Positions 43,057 to 53,003 of a DNA stretch of 64,000 nt are shown here, one piece after another. A program made the translations under genes and the position numbers. Below the pieces are notes generated by a model. That model was not told the origin of the DNA and made no database searches. It saw nothing but the letters and a program-made list of their open reading frames with translations. The DNA is from Thermodesulfobacteriota bacterium. Its GTDB lineage: Bacteria; Desulfobacterota_D; UBA1144; Nemesobacterales; JAJCZQ01. Location of the stretch: assembly GCA_965203965.1 (NCBI GenBank), contig CBDBDR010000017.1, forward strand, positions 864,911 through 928,910, in the 5' to 3' direction. Within the stretch, counting starts at the first letter, position 1; each line of letters opens with the position of its first letter.

Positions 43057-44303
43057 TCGGCAACCTCGGAAAAGTAATTGATGAATTCCTTCTGTGTCAT
43101 ATTTGTAATTGCAGACATTTTTTTTACTCTTTCCCTATCGGTCAAATCATCCTTTTGCAACTTAATCATGTATTTCTGTGCAACTTCATAAGACTCTGTT
43201 TCAACGTCAACGTACCTTATTCTTGTTCCTCCCGTCTTTTTGTTCTTTAACGTGTCAAATCCAAGGGGCACCATTCTACCGTTTTTCATCGTGATCAATG
43301 AGCGAGTTCCACCGTCCAGTAAGTATTTCACGGCACTATAACCCAGATCCCTTGTATAACAAAGATCAAATGGTATTGGGGGAGCAGAACGAAGCTCATA
43401 ACCAATTCTTTTATCAACTATGGATATTTCTATGCCTTTTTCCGCAAGGCTCTCTTCAAGCTGGTTTTTAAGAAAAGGAGCAAGTTGAAATTCAGAGAAC
43501 TTTACCCTCCCGAGATCATCTCGTCTAAGAATACCTGTTTTTTCAATATCTGCTCCGTCAATCTTTTCGGTAATTCCTTCGGCAATTATTGCAACCCCGT
43601 AATCTCTGCCTATTTTCAACCTTTTAATTATTGAACCTTCTAATATCTTCACTATTTTTTTCACGGGCACGTTTTCCTCGGGAAATTCTTCCGGGATTAG
43701 CGTCAGAGTTACCCCCGAGGATTTACCGATCCCAACAGCGAGGTGTCCCGTCTTTCTACCCATTGTAACAATAAGAAACCATCTATGCGTAGTCTTGGCA
43801 TCCTCCATTAAATAACTGACTATTTGTGTTCCAACGTGCTTGGCAGTCTCATAACCAAAAGTAGAATCATTACTTGGAAGCGGGAGATTATTGTCAATTG
43901 TTTTGGGCAGATGAACCAATCTCAATGCTCCTTTCATCTCCTTTTCAATCCTGTCTGCGACAAACATTGTGCCATCTCCCCCTATCGTCATCAGGTATTT
44001 TATCCCGAGTTTTTTCAAAGAATTTACAGTGTTCTTTATCCGTTCAGGGCTCGAGATCGGACTTTGCCTTGAAATACCAATAATGGAGCCCCCTGCTGTA
44101 TGTATCCTTGACGTGTTGTCTATTGTCAGCTTACTGATCTTTGTTACGTTACCGTTTGCAATCCACCTGAAACCGTCCAATATGCCTATTACCTGTTTTC
44201 CCCTGTTCTGTGCTTCGATCGTAGCAGCGCTTATAACACCGTTAATACCAGGAGCAGGACCGCCGGAAACGATTATTCCAACATTATCTTTTTTAGATAC
44301 CAT
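43053..44303 (-). CDS. pfkA: 6-phosphofructokinase (ATP- or PPi-dependent)
   Basis: GIIVSGGPAPGINGVI, GGDGT and the PFK fold. 416 aa. Confidence 0.9.
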   Translation of the reverse strand: MVSKKDNVGIIVSGGPAPGINGVISAATIEAQNRGKQVIGILDGFRWIANGNVTKISKLTIDNTSRIHTAGGSIIGISRQSPISSPERIKNTVNSLKKLGIKYLMTIGGDGTMFVADRIEKEMKGALRLVHLPKTIDNNLPLPSNDSTFGYETAKHVGTQIVSYLMEDAKTTHRWFLIVTMGRKTGHLAVGIGKSSGVTLTLIPEEFPEENVPVKKIVKILEGSIIKRLKIGRDYGVAIIAEGITEKIDGADIEKTGILRRDDLGRVKFSEFQLAPFLKNQLEESLAEKGIEISIVDKRIGYELRSAPPIPFDLCYTRDLGYSAVKYLLDGGTRSLITMKNGRMVPLGFDTLKNKKTGGTRIRYVDVETESYEVAQKYMIKLQKDDLTDRERVKKMSAITNMTQKEFINYFSEVAE

Positions 44304-44431
44304 ACAAACACCTCTATTCTAAGCAATACTGTTTATTGACTTGTTCTTTCCCCGGTCATCAAATTGAATTTAAAGATCCAGCGAGTATTTTAAACCTTAC
44401 CTGCATTAGAGTTCAGTTAAAATAACGATTA

Positions 44432-44923
44432 ATGTTATTCCTTCGAAAAGATATTTCAGAAAAACTAAAAAGCGTAAAGTTCCTCATTATCAATCTAAAA
44501 ATATTCAAAAGCAGGGTAAAAAATTTTGAATACCGAAACTTCCATCAGATCAAAGGCAGGGATATAACTTCCGAATTAGCTAATCTTAACGTGCAGGTCA
44601 TAGGTTACAAACCAACAAAAAAAACGTCAGTGAGTATCGGGGACAAGCTCGGTATTGAGCTTATTGAATTGAATGGGAACAGAAAAATAGATATTCTTTC
44701 CCACTTTAAGGGCAATTACTCTTTTAAAGATATGACCATTATAGGCAATGATATGCAAGATGTGGACCTAATAAGGTATTCAAAGTTTTCAGTTACAACT
44801 ATAGATGCCCCGATTGAATTAAAGATGGAAGCACAATACGTTTCCAATTTCAGCGGACTGAAAGCGTTTGATGAGATCGGCAACCTGATAATCCATGCGA
44901 AAAGACATAACGGATGTTATTAA
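44432..44923 (+). CDS. KdsC-like HAD-IIIA phosphatase homolog, N-terminal catalytic motif degenerate
   Basis: The C-terminal half aligns by eye with KdsC (IIGNDMQDVDL...FSVTTIDAPIELKMEAQYVS). The N-terminal DxDG nucleophile motif is absent. Confidence 0.3.
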   Translation: MLFLRKDISEKLKSVKFLIINLKIFKSRVKNFEYRNFHQIKGRDITSELANLNVQVIGYKPTKKTSVSIGDKLGIELIELNGNRKIDILSHFKGNYSFKDMTIIGNDMQDVDLIRYSKFSVTTIDAPIELKMEAQYVSNFSGLKAFDEIGNLIIHAKRHNGCY

Positions 44924-46028
44924 GAAAGAGGGTTACAAAATCGGGTTTGATCTTATAGGAGTAGCTCCCGTTGATGATTATCCTGAAAGCCAGTTTTATA
45001 AAAAGTGGCTTGATAAAGGTTTTGAAGCAACCATGTCCTATATGTCAAAAAACCCGGAGAAAAGAAAAGACGTCAGAAATATTATGCCAAATGCCAGATC
45101 CGTAATTTCCTGTGCGTTAAACTACAACTCTGACCATCCATATTCAGTATCTCAGAAAAATACCAACAAAGGTTGGATAGCGAGATATGCGTGGGGCGAC
45201 GATTATCATGAAGTTATGAAGGTTAAACTTAACAGACTTAAAGGTTTTATAGAGGAAAATACAGGAGATGTTGATTCATTGACTTATGTTGATACTGGAC
45301 CGGTGCTTGAAAGAATGTATAGCAAGTATTCAGGAATTGGCTGGATAGGTAAAAACACCTGCACGATAAATCAGAACATCGGATCATGGTTTTTTCTCGG
45401 TGAAATAATTACAAACATGGAGTTGGAATATGACGGTTGCGTATCCGACAGATGCGGCACGTGCACAAGATGTATAGATGAATGCCCAACCGAAGCAATC
45501 AGAAAGCCTTATGTGCTTGATTCCTCAAGATGTATTTCATATTTCACAATTGAAAACAAGAACGAGATACCTTACAAATACCGCGAAGCCGTAGGCAGAA
45601 ACGTATTTGGATGTGACATTTGTCAGGACGTCTGTCCATGGAACAGCAAGGCACATACCACAACGGACGCCTCTTTTCTACCAAGAGATGGGTTATATCA
45701 ACCAGACCTGCGGTATCTTCTCGGTCTGGATCAGGAAAATTTCTCCACGGTTTTCAAAAACAGTCCAGTAAAACGCACAAAAAGAAGAGGTTTGATAAGG
45801 AACGTTCTGGTTGCTATTGGCAATACCGAAAGTTCTGAGTATCTCGATCTGGTAAACAATTTCATCAAAGATGAAGATCCACTTATACGGAGGCACGCAA
45901 TATGGGCATTGTGGAAAATTCAAGGCGATAGCTGTCTGGAATTTTTACGATCAATGATCGAGACAGAAACCGATGAAGGTGTCATAGTGGAGATAAAAAA
46001 TATTGTGGGTGATAAACTGGGAGATTAA
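44895..46028 (+). CDS. queG: tRNA epoxyqueuosine(34) reductase
   Basis: Typical QueG N-terminus. Two 4Fe-4S Cys clusters (CGTCTRCIDECP, CDICQDVCP). C-terminal HEAT-like repeats. Confidence 0.85.
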   Translation: MRKDITDVIKKEGYKIGFDLIGVAPVDDYPESQFYKKWLDKGFEATMSYMSKNPEKRKDVRNIMPNARSVISCALNYNSDHPYSVSQKNTNKGWIARYAWGDDYHEVMKVKLNRLKGFIEENTGDVDSLTYVDTGPVLERMYSKYSGIGWIGKNTCTINQNIGSWFFLGEIITNMELEYDGCVSDRCGTCTRCIDECPTEAIRKPYVLDSSRCISYFTIENKNEIPYKYREAVGRNVFGCDICQDVCPWNSKAHTTTDASFLPRDGLYQPDLRYLLGLDQENFSTVFKNSPVKRTKRRGLIRNVLVAIGNTESSEYLDLVNNFIKDEDPLIRRHAIWALWKIQGDSCLEFLRSMIETETDEGVIVEIKNIVGDKLGD

Positions 46029-46035
46029 TTTATTT

Positions 46036-46467
46036 ATGACAGATGATGCAAAAAAAGAGATAAGAATTATCAATGAAAGATTTTACGAGTCTATCAGCGT
46101 AGCGAATCTTTCTATGATGGAAGAACTATGGGCAAAAACAGATGAGGTTAAATGTGTCCATCCCGGATGGCCTGTAATAATGGGCTGGGAAAGCGTTCGT
46201 GAAAGCTGGCAAACCATATTTGAATCCGGTCTATGTTTTGCCAATATTGAGGTGTCTAATGTCTATATAGACGTAAACAAAAACTCGGCATGGTTGAACT
46301 GTGTAGAAAAAATAAGTTATGTAGTAAACAATCGCGTAATTATAACAATGGCACAGACGACCAACATCTTTGAAAAACAGGAACAAAAATGGAAGATAGT
46401 GCTTCATCATGCCTCACCGATGCCAATACCTCAATCTGAAATTCCCACAAAAACAACAATACAGTAA
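46036..46467 (+). CDS. NTF2-like (SnoaL/DUF4440-like) protein
   Basis: Conserved pocket pattern of the nuclear-transport-factor-2 fold (ELWAKTDEVKCVHPGWPVIMGWESV...NCVE). The start was moved to the internal Met to avoid overlapping queG. Confidence 0.45.
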   Translation: MTDDAKKEIRIINERFYESISVANLSMMEELWAKTDEVKCVHPGWPVIMGWESVRESWQTIFESGLCFANIEVSNVYIDVNKNSAWLNCVEKISYVVNNRVIITMAQTTNIFEKQEQKWKIVLHHASPMPIPQSEIPTKTTIQ

Positions 46468-46470
46468 GGA

Positions 46471-47526
46471 TCAGCCGTAAGGGATATTCTCAGCCGCCAC
46501 TACGTTATTTTCTGTCGTTTTTTTCTGAACCATTCCGAGTTTTTTTACTATTGTGCTTAACAAAACGTCCAAACCAACACCTGTCACCGCTGATATTGTG
46601 ATCACGTCTATGCCCCTGCTCCTAAAATTACTTTCCGTATCTTTCAATTCTTTTTCCGGTGTGATGTCTGCCTTATTTAATGCTACGATCTGAGGTTTGG
46701 ATGCAAGTTCTGGATCAAAAGCCTTCAACTCATGGTTTATTTTAACGTAATCTTCCAGAGGGTTCTCGTTCCGCATAAGCGAAGCGTCAATCAGATGAAC
46801 AAGAATTTTTGTTCTCTCTATATGCTTTAGAAATTTCAAACCCAACCCAGCGCCCTTGTGAGCTCCCTCTATGATCCCCGGTATGTCTGCCACGACAAAG
46901 GAAGTATCTCCTTGGTAATTCACAACACCGAGATTAGGCACCAGAGTTGTAAAAGGATAGTCTGCAATTCTGGGTCTGGCTGCTGAAATTGTGGAAATCA
47001 ACGTGGATTTCCCCGCGTTTGGAAAACCGATTATTCCCACATCCGCCAGCAGTTTAAGTTCAAGTTTCAGATCCAACTCCTCACTTTGCCCGCCGGAGTC
47101 TGCTCGCCTCGGTGCCTGATTGGTTGAGGTAACGTACTTTGCGTTGCCCTTCCCACCTTTTCCACCCTTTGCAATAACAATTTGCTGACCGTTTTCTATA
47201 ATATCTCCTATAATTTCCCCTGATTTGACACTCCTGATCAACGATCCCACTGGAAGACGGATAATCAGATCCTCTCCTTTTTTACCATATCTGTTTTTAC
47301 CGCTTCCATGCTTACCACTTTCAGCTTCGTATATTTTCTTATACCTGAGATGCATCAGAGAAGTTAAATTTTCATCTCCTACCAATATCACGTCTCCACC
47401 CCTGCCACCGTCTCCCCCGTCTGGTCCCCCAAGAGGTACGTATTTTTCACGTCTGAAACTTATGCAACCGTCCCCCCCCGTGCCGGAAACAACTTTAATA
47501 ATGGTCTCATCTATAAAATATGACAT
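46471..47526 (-). CDS. obg: GTPase Obg/CgtA
   Basis: Obg fold glycine-rich N-domain (GGDGCISFRREKYVPLGGPDGGDGGRGGDV) and a G domain (GFPNAGKST). Confidence 0.9.
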   Translation of the reverse strand: MSYFIDETIIKVVSGTGGDGCISFRREKYVPLGGPDGGDGGRGGDVILVGDENLTSLMHLRYKKIYEAESGKHGSGKNRYGKKGEDLIIRLPVGSLIRSVKSGEIIGDIIENGQQIVIAKGGKGGKGNAKYVTSTNQAPRRADSGGQSEELDLKLELKLLADVGIIGFPNAGKSTLISTISAARPRIADYPFTTLVPNLGVVNYQGDTSFVVADIPGIIEGAHKGAGLGLKFLKHIERTKILVHLIDASLMRNENPLEDYVKINHELKAFDPELASKPQIVALNKADITPEKELKDTESNFRSRGIDVITISAVTGVGLDVLLSTIVKKLGMVQKKTTENNVVAAENIPYG

Positions 47527-47578
47527 CATACCCTCGTGCAATTTTCATGTTCTAATATACAACATCGACTTATAAAAA

Positions 47579-48499
47579 ATGAATATCCACTCATATTTGT
47601 TCATAATACAATACATTATGAAATTTGGTTTATGCCTGCCTATTAGAAGAGACTGCTCATTAGAGTTTAATATTGATCTGGCAATTAGAGCCGAAATGCT
47701 TGGATTTGATTCCGTATGGGTCAGCGACCACGTAATAATGCCGAGCAATATGAAAAAGACCTTCAGTTCAGTTTTTTACGACCCATTTGTATTATTGACT
47801 GCCATAGGAGCAAATACCAAGAATATAAAAATCGGCACCAGCGTAATTGTACTGCCTTACAGGCATCCCGTAGTTGTTGCAAAGATGGTGTCCACCCTTG
47901 ACATCATGTCAAAAGGGAGAGTAGTTTTTGGAGTTGCATCAGGGTGGCTAAAAGAGGAATTTGATACACTTAACGCAAACTTTGATAAGCGTGGAAAAAT
48001 CACGGACGAATATCTACAGTCAATATTAACGCTCTGGCAAAATGATGATCCTGTTTTCAAGGGTGATTTTGTTAATTTCTCGGACATAGATTTTTACCCC
48101 AAACCTTACAACAATAGAATGCCCGAAGTCTGGGTTGGAGGGAGCAGTCATTTTGCCATAGACCGCGCATTAAAGTATGGAACCGGCTGGCAGCCGACTT
48201 GGATAAGTCCGCGGGACATGTGCAAATTAAAGCAATACTTGCTTGGCAAGTCAGACGATATGAACATAAATATGAAAAACTTTACCTTTTCAGTCCGTAA
48301 CAGAGTTAGCTTTAAAAAAACACAAAGCAACACCATATACACATTTTACGGAGATATGGACAATATCAGCAAGGAAGTTGAAGCCTTTAAAAGTGCAGGC
48401 GTTGATCACATAGTTTTTGACCCTGACACAAAAAATGATTTGGAAACGATCCAAATGATAGAAGAACTTTCAGAAGGGATAATAAAGAAATTTAACTAA
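47579..48499 (+). CDS. LLM-class flavin-dependent oxidoreductase (second paralog)
   Basis: Luciferase-like TIM barrel (FDSVWVSDHV...GTSVIVLPYRHP). 306 aa. Confidence 0.7.
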   Translation: MNIHSYLFIIQYIMKFGLCLPIRRDCSLEFNIDLAIRAEMLGFDSVWVSDHVIMPSNMKKTFSSVFYDPFVLLTAIGANTKNIKIGTSVIVLPYRHPVVVAKMVSTLDIMSKGRVVFGVASGWLKEEFDTLNANFDKRGKITDEYLQSILTLWQNDDPVFKGDFVNFSDIDFYPKPYNNRMPEVWVGGSSHFAIDRALKYGTGWQPTWISPRDMCKLKQYLLGKSDDMNINMKNFTFSVRNRVSFKKTQSNTIYTFYGDMDNISKEVEAFKSAGVDHIVFDPDTKNDLETIQMIEELSEGIIKKFN

Positions 48500-48504
48500 C
48501 TGAG

Positions 48505-48900
48505 TTAGCCTTCCCTTTTAGTCATGTAGTCACCGATTGCCTTCCAGTATTTCCACCAGTAGGAATTTTTAGGGTGATTTGCTTTTTGTTGTTCCGTCCA
48601 AACAATAACCTGTTCCTTATCCTGATAAAGAAGGAATTTTTCCCCAGCATCTTTGATCTCATCCTGATCTATCTCAATTTTATTAAGGTCTTCAAATATG
48701 ACCGAATTTATTTTATCCACGGAGGAGTGAATTGTGTGGCATGCCTCTATAATGATCTCTGATAATTCAGCAGTATCACCACTTATGAGATCGGCATTAT
48801 TTTTTATCAGATCAACAAAATCAAGTAGATGATCAGACGATCTCTTTGCTTTTTTAACCTCTTCCATAAGTTTTGTATAGTCTTTTGCTGTTGGTGGCAT
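48505..48900 (-). CDS. hypothetical protein
   Basis: 131-aa acidic cytoplasmic ORF. No recognised domain. Confidence 0.3.
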   Translation of the reverse strand: MPPTAKDYTKLMEEVKKAKRSSDHLLDFVDLIKNNADLISGDTAELSEIIIEACHTIHSSVDKINSVIFEDLNKIEIDQDEIKDAGEKFLLYQDKEQVIVWTEQQKANHPKNSYWWKYWKAIGDYMTKREG

Positions 48901-48956
48901 TTTTTTCTCCCTTCGGATTCAAATTATTTTTCAATCTTACATTATAAATAACTACC

Positions 48957-49748
48957 TTATAAAGTCCTGTAAACAACCACTCCGGGCTTACCCTTCAAAT
49001 AGTCCATAAGATTTTCATCTACGACGTGACCTTTTCTATTTATTGAAGAAGCATGCCTTATATAGATCTCATCACCTTTTCTGATCACGATCCCCGTGTG
49101 TGATACATCAAGCCCGGATCTATGGGAATAAATTCCCACGTAATCACCCGTTTTTAACTTATCGGCAACAGAGCTTACTGTGTCCGATGGAATGTAATTT
49201 ATTTCCCTCGTAACCATAGGTATTTGGGGTAAATAACGAGACCCATCTTCTTTTTCGTTAAGAGATTTTACTACTGAAATAACTGGCTTGCCTCCCACGA
49301 TCTTGGTTACGTCCCTGATCTCTGTGGTGTCGGAGTTTACCCAATCAGAAAAAAAATGTTTTCTGTGTTTATAAGATATTTTTCCTTTCTTATATCTCAC
49401 CCTCATCACGTTATTTTTGAACTCGTGGTATTGCGAAGATAGCCTGATAGCCTCCACGTAATCAAGGTAAGTAAAGCAATCAAGTCCTGCCAGATTTATG
49501 GTTAAAACTTCCCTGTTTTTATGATTCCCTATCAGCGTGGATTCCATATACGGAACGTTAATAAAATGCGCCGATATAAAATCAATTCTTTCCCCATTTG
49601 AACTGTATAGCGAGGACGCCTTGATCATCCGGGCTATTTTATCCTCCGTAAATCTACCAAGATCAATGTAGTCGGGATATCCTACACCATTTGAAGCAGG
49701 CTGAACAATAAAAGTCAATAAAACAATTAACAAGATTTTTTGCATCAT
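48957..49748 (-). CDS. secreted DUF1460-like (amidase/transglutaminase-like) protein
   Basis: Signal peptide plus a region with Cys/His/Asp spacing (LDCFTY...SHTGIV) reminiscent of DUF1460 / NlpC-like folds. Weak recall. Confidence 0.35.
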   Translation of the reverse strand: MMQKILLIVLLTFIVQPASNGVGYPDYIDLGRFTEDKIARMIKASSLYSSNGERIDFISAHFINVPYMESTLIGNHKNREVLTINLAGLDCFTYLDYVEAIRLSSQYHEFKNNVMRVRYKKGKISYKHRKHFFSDWVNSDTTEIRDVTKIVGGKPVISVVKSLNEKEDGSRYLPQIPMVTREINYIPSDTVSSVADKLKTGDYVGIYSHRSGLDVSHTGIVIRKGDEIYIRHASSINRKGHVVDENLMDYLKGKPGVVVYRTL

Positions 49749-49894
49749 AAGGTTTATATTGTAACCGATTCATAGTGTAACAAACTCAGGGACAGTAACT
49801 CATAACAAATAATGAAAAACCCCCGAGTTAATGGGGTAGTTCCAAATTATGTGGTGGTAATAACAACGTTGATGGCATAATCTATAATTATCCC

Positions 49895-50764
49895 TTAACA
49901 CCAAATACTAACTAAGCAGTTAGAGATGGTGAGAGGAAAACCTCCTGTGAAAATGAAAAGTATAGCTCCAAACGATATAAATGGACCGTAGGGAATGGCA
50001 AATTTCATATCGCCCTTTTTCATCAGAATTATCGTTATGCCGACAACTGCCCCCAAAAGGGAGCTTACAAATATCGTAAAAAACACCCCTTTAATTCCCA
50101 AAAATGCACCAAGCATCGCTAGCAGCTTTACATCTCCCATTCCCATACCTTCACTTTTTTTTATCAGCCTATAAAAGACGGCAATCGCGTAGAGAATCCC
50201 CCCACCAAGCAGTATTCCGAAAAAAGAGTTGATCACCGGAATACTTGTAATCAAGTGTAAAACACTATGAGAATCTATATATCCGAGACTTGCAGATAGT
50301 TGCCCAAAATCCGTTATCAAAAAATTGTATGTAAAACCGATAACTATCCCTGGGAGTGTAATTACGTTTGGTATTATCATGTATTCTAAATCTATGAACG
50401 TTATAACGATCAAGGAAAGAATAACAATCAGGTAAACAAAAGTTATAACTGTAAGCCCAAACTTATAGAAAAGAAGCGTTGTAAGCAATGCCGTCAACAA
50501 TTCCACAACGGGATAAACAAGAGATATTCTCGATCCACAACTATGGCATTTTCCCCTTAAAAATATGTAGCTCAGCAAGGGAATATTTTGATAAAACCGT
50601 ATGCCCGAACCACAGTTTGTGCAGTGCGAGGGAGGATAGATTATTGATTCCTCTCTGGGAAGTCTATAGATAACTACGTTGAGAAAGCTGCCCAATATCA
50701 AACCCAAGACAAAAACAAACGAGTAAAACATATATGCGTTTATAATTGCGGTCTCCAAGAACAT
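49895..50764 (-). CDS. pilD: prepilin peptidase (A24 family)
   Basis: N-terminal Zn-binding CxxC...CxxC (CTNCG...CHSCG) and catalytic Asp-containing TM regions. 289 aa. Confidence 0.85.
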   Translation of the reverse strand: MFLETAIINAYMFYSFVFVLGLILGSFLNVVIYRLPREESIIYPPSHCTNCGSGIRFYQNIPLLSYIFLRGKCHSCGSRISLVYPVVELLTALLTTLLFYKFGLTVITFVYLIVILSLIVITFIDLEYMIIPNVITLPGIVIGFTYNFLITDFGQLSASLGYIDSHSVLHLITSIPVINSFFGILLGGGILYAIAVFYRLIKKSEGMGMGDVKLLAMLGAFLGIKGVFFTIFVSSLLGAVVGITIILMKKGDMKFAIPYGPFISFGAILFIFTGGFPLTISNCLVSIWC

Positions 50765-50772
50765 TCTCTACT

Positions 50773-52893
50773 TTATTTTCTGGATATTGATGCGCCTTTG
50801 AGTTCTTTTATGGATTTATTGAAGTGCTTATTGCAGATCGTAAAAACCCTTTTCTTGCTTGTGATGTGATCTTTTATAGCCAGAATTGCCGAGCGTTTAC
50901 AAATAAATTCCACATCTGCACCATTAAGTCCTTTTAATTTGGATGCAATATCTTGAAGGTTCACGTCTTTATTGAGAGGCTTGTGGTTTGTGTGTATTTT
51001 TAAGATCTCGTAAATTTCTCTGACGTCTGGATACGGAACTTCAAGGATTAGATCAAACCTGCCAGAACGCAGCATCGCAGGATCCACCATGTCTATTCTG
51101 TTAGTTGAAGCAAGAACAAAAACATCAATTAACTCTTCAACACCGTCAATCTCGGTCAGAAATTGACTTACTACTCTTTCAGATACCCTGTTGGAATCTA
51201 TGTTCCTATGTGGTGTGATAGCATCAACTTCATCAAAGAAGATTATTGAGGGCGATACCTGTCTGGCTTTACGAAAAATCTCCCTGACGGCTTTTTCTGA
51301 TTCCCCCACGTATTTGGAAAGCAATTCGGCTCCTTTGATAGAAATAAAATTCACGTTGCTTTGGTTTGCAAGTGCCTTTGCAAGTAGGGTTTTCCCTGTG
51401 CCGGGTGGACCTGATAGCAATATTCCTTTGATAGTATTGACCTTTGCACTTTTGAACAGCTCTTTATGCTTGAGCGGAAGAGCGACGGACTCTATCAACT
51501 TCTCTTTTATTTCTTCCAGCCCTCCCACTTCGTTCCACGTTACCTTTGGGATTTCAATCAGTACTTCCCTGATAGCAGATGGATTGACCCCTTTGAGAGC
51601 TTCAAGAAAATCATCCATATTCACCCTGAAAGAATTGGTGTTCTCAAATTCAAACGACTCATCGTAAAATTCAAGATCGGGCAACGTCCTCCTAAGAGCT
51701 ATCATTGCAGCTTCTTTGCAAAGGCTTTCTATGTCAGCTCCCACAAAACCCTGTGTTCTCTCCGCAATCTCGCTGAAATCAACATCTGAGGAAAGAGACA
51801 TTTCCCTTGAATGCACCTTGAGAATTTCATATCTGGAATTCTGGTCTGGAACTCCGAGGTGTATCTCTCTGTCAAATCTGCCGGGCCTTCTCAAAGCGGG
51901 ATCAATAGCGTCTGGTAAGTTGGTTGCACCAATGACCATTATATTGCCTTTTTCCTTAACTCTGTCCATAAGCGTCAGCAGTTGTGAAACAACTCTTTTT
52001 TCAACGTCCCCCGTTACTTTATCTCTCCTCGGTGCAATTGCATCAAGTTCGTCAAGAAAAATTATGGAAGGCTGATGTTTAGATGCAACTTCAAGAAGAT
52101 TCCTGATCTTTGCTTCACTCTCGCCGTAGTGCTTCTGTATAATTTCCGGTCCGTTTACGATTTGAAAATTCATGTTTGATTCATTTGCTATTGCGTTTGC
52201 CAGAATGGTTTTTCCGCTTCCTGGCTGACCGATCAGAAGTACGCCTCTCGGTGGTTCAATGCCCAATTTTGCAAACACTTGAGGGAATTTAAGTGGGAAC
52301 TCTATTATCTCGCGGATTTTGCTTATCTGGCTGGAAAGTCCGCCCAAATCATCATAGCAAACGTTGTGCTTGTTTATTTTTCCCGTTGGCTTTTTACGCA
52401 CGTCAACTTTGGTATGCTGATTAACAACCACACAGTTAGACGGCGTGGTATTTAAAACATCAAAACTCTCACTTTTTGACCCGGGTATTCTTACCGGGAT
52501 CGTATCGCCGGCAGCCAGTGGCAATCCTTCAATAGAGTGGGGTATAAATTTCAATCTTTCTGGGTTATATAGAACATCTTTATTATGAGGACACAAAACC
52601 ACTCTACTCGCATTTTTTGAATTGGCTCTTTTAACCGTTACAAACTCATCTATATCAGCACGTGCATTTTCACGAGTGTATAGATCAATTTCTATTATTA
52701 ACTCCATTTCACAGCTTTCATATCCATTCAACTCAAGTGGCATAGCTCTTACAAAGGTTTTTCTTCTCCCGCCAACCTCTATCATATCCCAAGTAGTTAT
52801 ACCCAGATCCATCATGCTGCGCTCGCTTATACGCGCATACCCTTTTCCCGCGTCCCGTGCATGTATTTCTGAAATTCTTAAGGAAATCATTAC
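50773..52893 (-). CDS. CDC48/VCP-like AAA+ ATPase (N-domain + tandem D1/D2 AAA modules)
   Basis: CDC48-type N-domain, then two AAA cassettes with Walker A GPPGTGKT / GQPGSGKT, Walker B DELD / DEVD, and SRH regions. The start was moved to the internal Met. Confidence 0.85.
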   Translation of the reverse strand, partial: VMISLRISEIHARDAGKGYARISERSMMDLGITTWDMIEVGGRRKTFVRAMPLELNGYESCEMELIIEIDLYTRENARADIDEFVTVKRANSKNASRVVLCPHNKDVLYNPERLKFIPHSIEGLPLAAGDTIPVRIPGSKSESFDVLNTTPSNCVVVNQHTKVDVRKKPTGKINKHNVCYDDLGGLSSQISKIREIIEFPLKFPQVFAKLGIEPPRGVLLIGQPGSGKTILANAIANESNMNFQIVNGPEIIQKHYGESEAKIRNLLEVASKHQPSIIFLDELDAIAPRRDKVTGDVEKRVVSQLLTLMDRVKEKGNIMVIGATNLPDAIDPALRRPGRFDREIHLGVPDQNSRYEILKVHSREMSLSSDVDFSEIAERTQGFVGADIESLCKEAAMIALRRTLPDLEFYDESFEFENTNSFRVNMDDFLEALKGVNPSAIREVLIEIPKVTWNEVGGLEEIKEKLIESVALPLKHKELFKSAKVNTIKGILLSGPPGTGKTLLAKALANQSNVNFISIKGAELLSKYVGESEKAVREIFRKARQVSPSIIFFDEVDAITPHRNIDSNRVSERVVSQFLTEIDGVEELIDVFVLASTNRIDMVDPAMLRSGRFDLILEVPYPDVREIYEILKIHTNHKPLNKDVNLQDIASKLKGLNGADVEFICKRSAILAIKDHITSKKRVFTICNKHFNKSIKELKGASISRK

Positions 52894-53003
52894 TACCTCT
52901 ACTGAGATTTTACAGGCACTCATATTGAGGTCAAGAATCACGACAAATTGAACTGGTGATTATTCTATTTATAATTGTTCAACTCGAATTTATACTATGC
53001 CCC

